From Macrostomum hystrix (Eukaryota; Animalia; Platyhelminthes): 64,000 nucleotides of DNA. The stretch is taken from assembly GCA_950097015.1 (NCBI GenBank), contig CATNEN010000029.1:5332001-5396000 (forward strand), in the 5' to 3' direction. Numbering within the stretch: the stretch's first letter is position 1; every line of letters starts with the position of its first letter. This document shows positions 1 through 12,325 of the stretch, piece after piece. The position numbers and the translations under genes are program-made. The notes beneath the pieces are model-generated. The model ran no database searches. It had not been told where the DNA came from and saw nothing but the letters and a program-made list of their open reading frames with translations.

Positions 1-672
1 GGAAACTCTGGTACAAGAGGGACTGGGAGACTCTGGTACAAGAGGGACTGGGAGACACTGGTACAAGAGATACTAGGAGACACTGGTACAAGAGGACTGG
101 GAGACTCTGGTACAAGAGGACTGGGAGACTCTGGTACAAGAGGGACTGGGAGACACTGGTACAAGAGGACTGGGAGACACTGGTACAAGAGGACTGAGAG
201 AGACACTGGTACAAGAGGACTGAGAGAGACACTGGTACAAGAGGACTGGGAGACACTGGTACAAGAGGACTGGGAGACACTGGTACAAGAGGACTGGGAG
301 ACACTGGTACAAGAGGACTGAGAGAGACACTGGTACAAGAGGGACTGGGAGACTCTGGTACAAGAAGGACTGGGAGACTCTGGTACAAGAGGGACTGGGA
401 GAGACACTTGTACAAGATGGACTGGGAGACTCTGGTACAAGAGGACTGAGAGAGACACTGGTACAAGAGGGACTGGGAGACTCTGGTACAAGAAGGACTG
501 GGAGACTCTGGTACAAGAGGGACTGGGAGAGACACTTGTACAAGATGGACTGGGAGACTCTGGTACAAGAGTGACTGGGAGACACTGGTGCAAGAGGGAC
601 TGGGAGAGACACTTGTACAAGATGGACTGGGAGACTCTGGTACAAGAGTGACTGGGAGACACTGGTGCAAGA
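1..672. repeat. Minisatellite, ~24-27 bp unit (GAGACTCTGGTACAAGAGGACTGG variants), runs off window start
   Basis: Head-to-tail copies with no unique spacers; ORF 73..696 is its translation. Confidence 0.95.
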
Positions 673-1146
673 GGGATCTACCCTTTCTGCCCACATTTTC
701 TTCTACTCTGATAAATTCTCAGTCGTAAATATCTCAAGCAAGAGCAGATAGGAGGGCCAACAACAGAAACAAGATAAGCAGATTTGGTTCGGGTTGCAAA
801 ATACTCTCATGCGTTAGTTTTGTGGAAGATTAAAATGAAATGAAGCGCAACTAGAAGGTGTCAGGTTGGGAGCTGATTGCTTCCCTGAACTCATGGCTTA
901 AGACTGAGAACTCATTAGGAGCAGACCCAAAATTTGAAAGAAATACGAATAACTGTCCGTTCTCATTTCTGTCATATGCAAATTAAACAAAAGACGCCAA
1001 GACATTTTTTTCTTATCAGGCACTCAAGTTTCGCTTCAGGTTATAGTCGGTGGGCTCTGGGGCGGTCCTGTTGAGTATGGGAATGTGGCGGGAGAATGCG
1101 TTGGACGCATGGAGGCTGCAGAAAAATACAAAAGGATGGGGAGAGT

Positions 1147-2357
1147 GCAGAAAGATGCGGATGGGGCTGCAGAAAGATGCGGATGGGGATGCAGAAAGAT
1201 GCGGATGGGGATGCAGAAAGATGCGGATGGGGCTGCAGAAAGATGCGGATGGGGCTGCAGAAAGATGCGGATGGGGCTGCAGAAAGATGCGGATGGGGCT
1301 GCAGAAAGATGCGGATGGGGATGCAGAAAGATGCGGATGGGGATGCAGAAAGATGCGGATGGGGATGCAGAAACATGCGGATGGGGATGCAGAAAGATGC
1401 GGGATGCAGAAAGATGCGGGATGCAGAAAGATGCGGATGGGGCTGCAGAAAGATGCGGATGGGGATGCAGAAACATGCGGATGGGGATGCAGAAACATGC
1501 GGATGGGGATGCAGAAAGATGCGGGATGCAGAAAGATGCGGGATGCAGAAAGATGCGGATGGGGCTGCAGAAAGATGCGGATGGGGCTGCAGAAAGATGC
1601 GGATGGGGCTGCAGAAAGATGCGGATGGGGATGCAGAAAGATGCGGATGGGGCTGCAGAAAGATGCAGAGAATGCAGAAAGATGCGGATGGGGGCTGCAG
1701 AAAGATGCGGATGGGGATGCAGAAAGATGCGGACGGGGATGCAGAAAGATGCGGTTGGGGATGCAGAAAGATGCGGATGGGGATGCAGAAAGATGCGGAT
1801 GGGGATGCAGAAAGATGCAGAGAATGCAGAAAGATGCGGATGGGGCTGCAGAAAGATGCGGATGGGGCTGCAGAAAGATGCGGATGGGGATGCAGAAAGA
1901 TGCGGATGGGGCTGCAGAAAGATGCGGATGGGGATGCAGAAAGATGCAGAGAATGCAGAAAGATGCGGATGGGGCTGCAGAAAGATGCGGATGGGGATGC
2001 AGAAAGATGCGGATGGGGATGCAGAAAGATGCGGATGGGGATGCAGAAAGATGCAGAGAATGCAGAAAGATGCGGATGGGGCTGCAGAAAGATGCGGATG
2101 GGGCTGCAGAAAGATGCGGATGGGGATGCAGAATGATGCGGATGGGGATGCAGAAACATGCGGATGGGGATGCAGAAAGATGCGGATGGGGATGCAGAAA
2201 GATGCGGATGGGGCTGCAGAAAGATGCGGATGGGGCTGCAGAAAGATGCGGATGGGGATGCAGAAAGATGCAGAGAATGCAGAAAGATGCGGATGGGGCT
2301 GCAGAAAGATGCGGATGGGGATGCAGAAAGATGCAGAGAATGCAGAAAGATGCGGAG
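1147..2357. repeat. Minisatellite, 22 bp unit GATGCGGATGGGG(A/C)TGCAGAAA with 17 and 19 bp variants
   Basis: Direct inspection; it generates the six overlapping ORFs at 1016-2479. Confidence 0.95.
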
Positions 2358-3087
2358 GATGTAGGGAGAAGTGGAGGCTGCTGAAGCATTACGGAGGCTC
2401 TGCTGAATGTACTGAAAGTTGCAGTTCCTGTTGCTATGCTAGAAGGCACTATTTGGGCAATGAAAATTAAAACCAGCACATCTCATTCTACTGCTAAATG
2501 CGTCTTGCACCTTGCCTGAAGTTGATTGTGCAATTAAAATAGCCATTAGTCGTATTTTCAGATGTCGTATTTTCCATTATCACTAAAGCTAGTCTTCAAA
2601 GCCTGATTTGCCAAGATTTTCCATCATTTCTCGGACAAAGGCCTGCTGGATGCAATCCTGCCGGGCATAGTGGTTTTGGCAGACTGCTGTCGCCGCACTA
2701 AAAGCCGGCGCACTTCACTTTTGTCCATCCGATACTCCGCTGTCAAAACAGACGGACAGACGGACTGTAGGCTGTTCTTGTCCGCTGCGCCACCTGACAC
2801 GCCCAGGCTCTTAAGCGGTGTTTGGACATGATGCCAGCTTCACTACCTGCTTATTTACTTTGCTTGTGTACCTGCGACGGGTCCTATTTCCCAATCCTCA
2901 GCGTTTGATGCCGGCCTAAGGTTAAAGGAATTGAATCTACAGCTACAGCGCTTGTAAAATAAGCACCAATGTGAAATGCAGAAGACAGTCGACAAGCAAT
3001 GGGTAAACAGAGACGCGAATGGTGTGGGGATTCTGATTCTGGGAGAGGTCATGGAGGTAGAACGGTGGGTGGGGGACGCAGGGTTGC

Positions 3088-3545
3088 TGAGAGATGCAGG
3101 GTGTGTGAGAGATGCAGGGTGTGTGAGAGATGCAGGGTGTGTGAGAGATTCATGGTGTGTGAGAGATGCAGGCTGGGTGAGAGAAGATGTAGGCTGGGTG
3201 AGAGAAGATGTAGGCTGGGTGAGAGAAGATGCTGGTTGGGTGAGAGAAGATGTAGGCTGGGTGAGAGAAGATGCAGGTTGGGTGAGAGAAGATGCAGGTT
3301 GGGTGAGAGAAGATGTAGGCTGGGTGAGAGAAGATGTAGGCTGGGTGAGAGAAGATGCAGGTTGGGTGAGAGAAGATGATGTAGGCTGGGTGAGAGAAGA
3401 TGCAGGTTGGGTGAGAGAAGATGCAGGTTGGGTGAGAGAAGATGTAGGCTGGGTGAGAGAAGATGTAGGCTGGGTGAGAGATGCAGGGTGTGTGAGAGAT
3501 GCAGGGTGTGTGAGGGTTGCAGGGTGGATGAGAGATGCAGGGTGT
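3088..3545. repeat. Compound minisatellite of 18 bp (GATGCAGGGTGTGTGAGA) and 21 bp (GATGTAGGCTGGGTGAGAGAA) units
   Basis: 18-bp units flank a central block of 21-bp units. Confidence 0.9.
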
Positions 3546-3916
3546 GGGATTAAAGAGGGTTGGGAAGCAGTACAGAGACATTAGCAAGAGCAAAACAGAA
3601 TGCGCTGTGAGTACAGGTCGTAGGTGTGCAAGGAGTCCATTGGGTGAAAGTGAGCTTGGAACAGCATGTTTGAAAGCCGTGCGCGGCCATAAGCAGAAAC
3701 GGCCCCCCAGATGGGCAAATTCGCATTGATGATTCGCGTCACGCAACTGACAGCCGTTCGTCCGAGGATCGGAATGGGGCATTCAGCCTCATCTTTCATC
3801 TCAATTTATTTCCCACGGTTTCAGCATTATAAAAAAAGCAATAACTGGAGGTAACAGAAAAAATGAGCTGAAAAATATTCCAACCTCGATTTGATTTCCA
3901 CACTAATCTAATCTCA

Positions 3917-4285
3917 TCAATCACTCACTAGTCTACTCAAATCACTCATTGGTATACTCAAATCACTCACTGGTCTACTCAAATCACTCATTGGTCTACT
4001 CAAATCACTCACTGGTCTACTCAAATCACTCACTGGTCTACTCAAATCACTCACTGGTCTACTCAAATCACTCACTGGTCTACTCAAATCACTCACTGGT
4101 CTACTCAAATCACTCACTGGTCTACTCAAATCACTCACTGGTCTACTCAAATCACTCACTGGTCTACTCAAATCACTCACTGGTCTACTCAAATCACTCA
4201 CTGGTCTACTCAAATCACTCACTGGTCTACTCAAATCACTCACTGGTCTACTCAAATCACTCACTGGTCTACTCAAATCACTCAA
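3917..4285. repeat. Minisatellite, 21 bp TCAAATCACTCACTGGTCTAC, ~17 near-perfect copies
   Basis: Direct inspection. Confidence 0.95.
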
Positions 4286-4482
4286 AGATCAAGCTTGAAT
4301 TCTTAGTGTTCTCTAGGTGAAACAATGTGATAATGAAATTCACTTTATGAAGAACAACAGCAGCCACTGCTCAGTCGAGCATACTCTTCAATTAAAACTG
4401 TGATACAGGCTTTAAAAAGATTACTCTGCCCTTTAATTTAAACTCCAGTAAAAAACATGGATGCTGCATTCTTCAAATTTTT

Positions 4483-4604
4483 TTGTGGTCTCCCCAGTCC
4501 GCAGCCTCCATCCAGCTACATCCTGGTCTCCCCAGTCCGCAGCCTCCATCCAGCTACATCCTGGTCTCCCCAGTCCGCAGCCTCCATCCAGCTACATCCT
4601 GCTC
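4483..4604. repeat. 38 bp repeat x3 overlapping the SLC23 copy A stop codon and 3' UTR
   Basis: Unit CTGGTCTCCCCAGTCCGCAGCCTCCATCCAGCTACATC; the same unit forms the array at 11861-12325. Confidence 0.9.
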
Positions 4605-7600
4605 TCCTGGTGTCCGCAATCCATTGCAGCCTCGGAAGGGTTCGGCAGGCTCGCTGGAAAGAGCGGCAGGCGGTGCAGGCCGGGCAGGTGGACGCTGTAG
4701 AACCTGTGGAAGGCAGCCGACTCGTAGCAGTCCACCTGCCGGCGGAGCTCCGCCTTCACCCGGTCGCCACCGGCGACTTCGTCTTCGGCCGCATCCCGAT
4801 CCACCTCCAGACCTCGCTCCTTGCGTGTGCCTGAAGGCAAGGGTGCGCAAAATGTATGAACTTCGAAGACAAATTCGGGATCCAGATTTGAATTAGATCC
4901 TTCTGAGCGTGCACCCTGGCAAAGACGTACCTGGCAGACAGCAGTCCAGCAGCAAGGCAGTTGCAGTTCCTACCAGCATCTCATTGCTGAGAAGATCCTG
5001 GCAGATGCTGACAGTGATCTCTTGGGCCGATGCTGTAATTTTGTGGATTACTCGAAGTTGCGAAGAACAAAGTGCGCGGGTCGATAGGTAAGTTGATTAG
5101 GTAAGAAGAAAGACTCAAGCAAACTCCTCACAGGACATTGTGGCTGCCTCGCGCTGTCGGCTCGCCTTGATATGCAGCGGCACAACAACGCCGAGGAAGA
5201 CGCTGAAGCCGAACACGAACGCGTTTCTCGGCCGGTCCATCCGGACGCTCCGGAGGCTGCCCGCGGCGACGCCGCAGATGATGCCGATGGTGGACAGCAG
5301 CACGCCGCCGATGATCGGGTCGGGGATGCACACGAACAGGGCGCTGAGCTTCGGGAACAGGCCGAACAGGAGCAGGATGGCAGAGGTCGCCTGCATCACG
5401 CGACGACTCGCCACCTTCGTCATGCTGATGGCAGCGATGTTGTTGCTGTAGGAGGTCGGTCCCACCGGCAGTCCGAACAAACCACTCACGAGGCAGCCGA
5501 AGCCCTCTGCTGTGATGCCTGCGAAGTATTTTGGAGGTTGGCGCCTGCGCTTCTGAAACGCTTTGTTGGAAATCCAAGGACTTTACACTATGTTCGTAAA
5601 ATGCTTTTACGCCGAGCAAGTTGAATGATGAACTTCCATGACTTTTTAGGAAAAAAATCCTAATAGCAAAAAATCACCAAAATAGGCATCCATTTTTCGC
5701 TCACAAAATTTCATCATGTCACCATGTCGGCTGTTATTGTTGAGTATTTTATATTATTATATAGGTAAGTAACATATTATTGAACCGATATGGGTTCGCC
5801 ACAGAGGTTTATACGAAGCAATGTCAGTTGTCCTTGTCACCAGATCTTCGAAAAGAATCACCGAGTACCTCGATAATGATGACTCGGAGGCTTTTAATGC
5901 GCAAAATTCTGGTGGTGCACTTTCTACGAAATCGGTCATTCGGTTTCGGAGCTATCGTGAAGTAGGCAGTGGGTATTCGAAACACTCCCGCCATCTTTCC
6001 CCAGAGAAAAGTTGACCCATTCTTGACGCCAATGTTTTTGAATATTGGTCTTGCTGGATGTCTGTCTGTGGTGCTTGCTTTGCAATGGGTAAACTTGGTC
6101 GCAGTTTCCCGTGATTTGTTTATGGCACGAACCGTATTCATGAATGGGCGGACTATGACTAAATGAAACATTTTCGTGGGCAAAGTTGATTAAATTTTTG
6201 GGAAAAATGACTAGCCTGTACTCATTCGCAAGAAAGTGACAATGTGCTGAATGCTCTACTATGATCAGTAGACATTCAGAGCGAGCTCACCTCGGTTCAT
6301 GGGGAAGCCGACGGGACTGGCGGAGCCGCAGAACTTGGCGCAGGTCACGTAGTCGCCGATGCTCTCCATGATGGACACGAGAATCGCGCAGCTGACCGCC
6401 ACTACGCCGGGCCCGTTGACCGACAGCCTGCCGAACTGCAGCGGGTGCGGCAGCCGGAACCAGCCGGCGTTCGCCACCGCTGACGACTTCCCGTCGGTGC
6501 GCCCGCCGTAGCCCCAGGCCTCCGGGTTGTTTGGCAGGACGTCCGTGACAGTCAGCACGTGGCACACCGAGTACATGATAGCCATGGACAACAGGATCTG
6601 CTCGGTTTAAAAAATGGCACTCATATTCTCAATATCTGTTGCTGGGTCCCAATGCTTATCCTTTAGGCTTCACCGATTAACGATTAAATTACAACTGATT
6701 GAGACCAGTTAGGACGCCTGCTTTGAGCACCTGATTGACTTAGGGCCGTAAGCCCTGGGGAGCAAGGGGGCCGCGGCCCACACTAATCGGCTGACGAAAC
6801 TATTGAGGCGCCGCCTCCCCCAATCGGCTGACCCCCTGGTATTGGCTCCCCTGGTATTGGCTCCCCCTAGTATTGGCTCCCCCTAGTATTGGCTCCCCCT
6901 AGTATTGGCTCCCCCTGGTATTGGCTCCCCCTGGTATTGGCTCCCCCTGGTATTGGCTCCCCCTGGTATTGGCTCCCCCTGGTATTGGCTCCCCCCTAGT
7001 ATTGGCTCCCCCTGGTATTGGCTCCCCCCTAGTATTGGCTCCCCCTGGTATTGGCTCCCCCCTAGTATTGGCTCCCCCTGGTATTGGCTCCCCCTGGTAT
7101 TGGCTCCCCCCTAGTATTGGCTCCCCCTGGTATTGGCTCCCCCTGGTATTGGCTCCCCCCTAGTATTGGCTCCCCCTGGTATTGGCTCCCCCCTAGTATT
7201 GGCTCCCCCTGGTATTGGCTCCCCCTGGTATTGGCTCCCCCTAGTATTGGCTCCCCTGGTATTGGCTCCCCCTGGTATTGGCTCCCCCTGGTATTGGCTC
7301 CCCCTGCTATTGGCTCCCCCTAGTATTGGCTCCCCCTGGTATTGGCTCCCCCTAGTATTGGCTCCCCCTGGTATTGGCTCCCCCTGGTATTGGCTCCCCC
7401 TGGTATTGGCTCCCCCTGGTATTGACTCCCCCTGGTATTGGCTCCCCCTGGTATTGGCTCCCCCTGGTATTGACTCCCCCTGGTATTGGCTCCCCCTGGT
7501 ATTGGCTCCCACTGGTATTGGCTCCCCCTAGTATTGGCTCCCCCTAGTATTGGCTCCCCATAGTATTGGCTCCCCCTGGTATTGGCTCCCCCTAGTATTG

Positions 7601-10438
7601 GCTCCCCCTAGTATTGGCTCCCCCTAGTATTGGCTCCCCCTGGTATTGGCTCCCCCTAGTATTGGCTCCCCCTGGTATTGGCTCCCCCTAGTATTGGCTC
7701 CCCCTGGTATTGGCTCCCCCTAGTATTGGCTCCCCCTGGTATTGGCTCCCGCTGGTATTGGCTCCCCCTGGTATTGGCTCCCCCTTGTATTGGCTCCCCC
7801 TAGTATTGGCTCCCCCTGGTATTGGCTCCCCCTGGTATTGGCTCCCCCTGGTATTGGCTCCCCCTGGTATCGGCTCCAACCCCCAAAGGCGCGGATTTTA
7901 CAAGAATAAAATCGTGGCTACGCCAGGATTGACTCACCGGCAACGCTGAAAACACTGCGATTCGGGCCACTCGAATCCTTCGCTGTTGAAACGAAAAGTG
8001 GGGAATGGGGACTTGAACCCGATCAACCCCGTAGGTGAATAAAATGATTAAGATGCAGCACCTGGAACAGATTAGACGGCTGTTTGTCAGGTGAATTAAA
8101 ATTTACTAGAACCTGCTCTAAATATTATGTTCTTGTCACTCACGCCATCGCCAGATAGAACTGCGGCGCACACAGCTTCAGGACGGCACCCATGACGCTG
8201 AAGCCGATGAGGAAGATGGTCGGCGCCACCACAAGCGGGCTGACGAAGTGCAGCAGGCGACTCATCACCCCGGTGCTCCCGATGAGAAGCTGCAAGATGG
8301 AGCCGACCGCGATGGTGCCGGCCACCTGGCCGATGCGCGAGTGCCACAGCTGCTCGCCCGACTGCGGCAGCACCGTTGTGCGGTTCTCCAGGGTCCCGTT
8401 GCCTGGAGTAACCAGGTGTGATTACCAGAGGCCATGAGTTAAGATAGAGGTAGAAAGGTAACCTAAGACTTTGTGTTAGCAGGTTATCAAGTTAAGAATT
8501 TTCGCTGACTTTTTGGTTTGTCAGTTAGTTACGAGCGTAGTTACTTTTGTTTGGTTTGCTAGTTAGTAAGCTTGGTGCCCAATGGTCAGAAGTTCGAATC
8601 GCATCCTAAACTAAACAATATTGTGTACGTTAGCAAGACACTTAATTCCCTCCTCAGTGCTTCAGTTCATACGGCTGTATTAATAGTACCAGTATGAATA
8701 CGAGAAATTTGTGTGCGTACGTCTGCCCCCCCACTCCATAGACAGAACAGCTGCACACAGCCTTTGGAAGAGCCGTGCAATAGCTGCGGCTGTACCACTG
8801 GCCCATGAAATCAAAGTTATTTCCAGCCGAGATTTACCAACGAGCTTCAAGTCAGGGCAAACCGAGACGTCGCTGGCCATGATTCCAACGGCCACTGGAT
8901 AAAAAACAATGCTTGGTCCCTGGGCAATGGGCAGCCTGATGCCAAGGCTGCATTGTACCAGGGTCGTGATGCCCATCACGAAGAAGCAGGAGGCGATGAG
9001 GTTCGACTTGTCCACCTCGTCCTGCACGCAGGCGGCCTCGAACAAGATGATGACACCGAAGGCGCAGCCGCTGCTCATGATGATGAAGTGCTGGAAGCCC
9101 AGCAGCAGCGTCAGGTACCATCTGGGGTTGTCGTTCAGCCCGTAGGTCAGGCGCAGTGCTTTGGTTTAGCGAGTGGGACAATAAGGTGTTGGAAGTCTGC
9201 TTTAAAAGTACATTTAGCTAATGTGATGATGTGATGATGGCCTGAGTACCCTGAGACAGAACTCTGCAATATCCGTTTCACGGGCCTCAAAACAAACATC
9301 TCGTGGGCCTTTGTAACAAACATTTATGTATGCTTCATTGATTGAGGTTGAGTTAATGCTAAAATTGTTGGTTCAGTCAACCCTGATCAGATCAAAATTA
9401 TCTCTTCAATAACTGTGAAGAGTAATTTTAAGTTCGTCTATCTAGAACTATTTTGAGTAGCTGCTCACGAAACCACTGCAATCACATTCTTCCATCTAGA
9501 ACTATTTTGAGTAGCTGCTCACGAAACCACTGCAATCACATTCTTCCATCTAGAACTATTTCGAGTAGCTGCTCACGAAACCACTGCAATCACATTCTTC
9601 CATCTAGAACTATTTTGAGTAGCTGCTCACGAAACCACTGCAATCACATTCTTCCATCTAGAACTATTTTGAGTAGCTGCTCACGAAACCACTGCAATCA
9701 CATTCTTCCATCTAGAACTATTTTGAGTAGCTGCTCAAGAAACCACTGCAATCACATTCTTCCATCTAGAACTATTTCGAGTAGCTGCTCACGAAACCAC
9801 TGCAATCACATTCTTCCATCTAGAACTATTTTGAGTAGCTGCTCACGAAACCACTGCAATCACATTCTTCCATCTAGAACTATTTTGAGTAGCTGCTCAC
9901 GAAACCACTGCAATCACATTCTTCCATCTAGAACTATTTTGAGTAGCTGCTCACGAAACCACTGCAATCACATTCTTCCACCTAGAACTATTTTGAGTAG
10001 CTGCTCACGAAACCACTGCAATCACATTCTTCCATCTAGAACTATTTTGAGTAGCTGCTCAAGAAACCACTGCAATCACATTCTTCCATCTAGAACTATT
10101 TCGAGTAGCTGCTCACGAAACCACTGCAATCACATTCTTCCATCTAGAACTATTTTGAGTAGCTGCTCACGAAACCACTGCAATCACATTCTTCCATCTA
10201 GAACTATTTTGAGTAGCTGCTCAAGAAACCACTGCAATCACATTCTTCCATCTAGAACTATTTTGAGTAGCTGCTCACGAAACCACTGCAATCACATTCT
10301 TCCATCTAGAACTTTTTTGAGTAGCTGCTCAAGAAACCTCTCAAATCACACAGTACAATCCTCACCGCCGAGAGCCGCATGCTTCTCATTGTCAGGATGG
10401 CCCGTCTTGAGCGCCTGCATTTCCGTGGCGTCAGCCAT
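4592..10438 (-). CDS. SLC23/NAT (nucleobase-ascorbate transporter family) permease, copy A, 8 exons, ~603 aa
   Basis: Exons 10366-10438, 8838-9158, 8144-8402, 7938-8061, 6291-6597, 5132-5518, 4931-5032, 4592-4830; all GT-AG, phases consistent, total 1812 nt. Family motifs: LTYGLNDNPRWYLTLLLGFQH, PIAQGPS, ESIGDY, SYSNNIAAISMTKVASRRV, IPDPIIGG, LLDCCLPGTRKERG. Exon 1 and the exon 6 donor are less certain. Confidence 0.9.
6832..7872. repeat. Intronic minisatellite, 17-18 bp CCCCC(C)TGGTATTGGCT / CCCCCTAGTATTGGCT
   Basis: About 60 copies inside SLC23 copy A intron 4. Confidence 0.95.
8560..8685 (+). mobile_element. SINE family A fragment (tRNA head plus core)
   Basis: B-box-like GTTCGAATC followed by TGTGTACGTTAGCAAGACACTTAA, matching the copy at 10956-11272. 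Confidence 0.55.
9438..10337. repeat. Intronic minisatellite, 54 bp unit, ~16 copies
   Basis: Unit TCTAGAACTATTTTGAGTAGCTGCTCACGAAACCACTGCAATCACATTCTTCCA in SLC23 copy A intron 1. Confidence 0.95.
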
Positions 10439-10955
10439 TTACAGTTAGTTTGCCCAGGTGAGTTGGGTTCTGAGTACTGAAACTTATTAAATAACAATTT
10501 GCTTCAGTGCAGTGACTCCGGCCATTGTATATGTAGACTGAAAGTAGAGTGCAGCCCGCAGAAATTGGTTAGAACTCACCCGAAGTATACAAGCCTGTTC
10601 AGGGGATTCCTGTATTTCTACTTGGTTACTACTGGCCGTGCAACAAGCACGCGCACTGAAATATTAGTGCTGTGAGAGACCCATTCCGTGCCTATATTGG
10701 CACCCTTGTTCCTGTCTCCCTTATCTTGGTTCCCTTGAGATAATAAATTCGCAACTGATAGTGGCTTACAATGCGAAAGCACTCGTGTTGGCTAGCTCCG
10801 CTTAGTTAAGCCTTTATCTATACTAAAGCAGTGAAGCGCAATCCTTAGTTTTAAGCTGTCGCTAATAATTAAAAATTATTAAAATTGTTTTGTCCTTTGT
10901 TTGGTGTTTGTGTCTGGGTCAAAGAAAACACGGTACTTGATTTTAATTTTGCGCA

Positions 10956-11272
10956 GAGGTTGTAGCCTAGTGGTTAGGGCGTCGGACTTACGACTTGAAG
11001 GTCGGGGGTTCGATTCCCGAATCTACTGGAACAATTTGTGTCCTTTAGCAAGACACTTAACTCTGCATTGCGTCAGTTCACCCAGCTGTTAAACGGGCAC
11101 CAGCATCAGCTGGGATAATTGAAGGTGGGTGTGGCGTCTCCCCAGTCCATGGACTGAACGGCTGTACGCAGCCTTCAGATCCGCCGCGCAATATCTGCGG
11201 CTGTGTTGTCGGCTGCACATCTGGCCCGATTGGGACAGGTGTAATCAATTATTATTATTAATTATTATTATC
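10956..11272 (+). mobile_element. tRNA-derived SINE family A, near full length, CORE-like central domain, (ATT)n tail
   Basis: A-box TAGCCTAGTGG and B-box GGTTCGATTCC; central TGTGTCCTTTAGCAAGACACTTAAC...CAGTTCACCCAGCTGTTAAACGGG resembles the CORE-SINE domain from recall; ends GGTGTAATCAATTATTATTATT; related copies elsewhere in the window. Confidence 0.75.
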
Positions 11273-11860
11273 TAATCTTACTCATAAATAACTCTTTGAC
11301 TCCATTGTAGAGTTGATATCTAACTGACAACTATTATATAAGCTGAAATTTGGTTTGGTATGAACTCATGCGAGTGTATTATAAAGGTCACATGCGTCCC
11401 TCAGGCCTCAAATTGACATCAAAACAATGCTGCAAATGTTAAAGTGAAAAATCAATGTTACCTCTTTATATTTTGCTATAAAATAATGGTTCGGAAGACG
11501 TTTCTAAAATTCAGTAGTAACTTAACTATTCGTGACCAGCACTTTTACTTTCCAAATATGTTATTGAAGCGCACAGTAAGTTCTTTGTACGAAAACACTA
11601 ATTAAGTAACAATAAAAGCGTCCGATTTTTGTATTTTAGTACGACTGCTTTTTCTGTGCCATGAAGAAAAAAACGTTTTTAACTTATGGCACCTAAACGC
11701 AAAATATCCTATTGCTCGTTATTACGCTAGCCGACAATACCGACCTGTCTTTTATGTGGTTTAGATATCGATTTGTGCCTTATAGTGCAACTTAGCTCGT
11801 ACACCCGTGGGAACCAAACACAAAGGTACAGTGAGAGTGTACTCTGCCTTACTATAAGTC

Positions 11861-12325
11861 TACATCCTGGTCTCCCCAGTCCGCAGCCTCCATCCAGCTA
11901 CATCCTGGTCTCCCCAGTCCGCAGCCTCCATCCAGCTACATCCTGGTCTCCCCAGTCCGCAGCCTCCATCCAGCTACATCCTGGTCTCCCCAGTCCGCAG
12001 CCTCCATCCAGCTGCATCCTGGTCTCCCCAGTCCGCAGCCTCCATCCAGCTGCATCCTGGTCTCCCCAGTCCGCAGCCTCCATCCAGCTGCATCCTGGTC
12101 TCCCCAGTCCGCAGCCTCCATCCAGCTGCATCCTGGTCTCCCCAGTCCGCAGCCTCCATCCAGCTACATCCTGGTCTCCCCAGTCCGCAGCCTCCATCCA
12201 GCTACATCCTGGTCTCCGCAGTCCGCAGCCTCCATCCAGCTACATCCTGGTCTCCCCAGTCCGCAGCCTCCATCCAGCTGCATCCTGGTCTCCCCAGTCC
12301 GCAGCCTCCATCCAGCTACATCCTG
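11861..12325. repeat. 38 bp repeat x~12 overlapping the SLC23 copy B stop codon and 3' UTR
   Basis: Same unit as 4483-4604. Confidence 0.95.

Noticed and set aside
3581-3799. Tc1/mariner transposase remnant suggested by IWGAVSAYG
   Set aside because: Only a short motif; the flanks do not resemble a DDE domain and no TIRs were found.
10956-11030. tRNA-Val(TAC) gene
   Set aside because: A and B boxes are present, but the acceptor, anticodon and T stems pair poorly, and the sequence continues into a SINE body found in several other copies.
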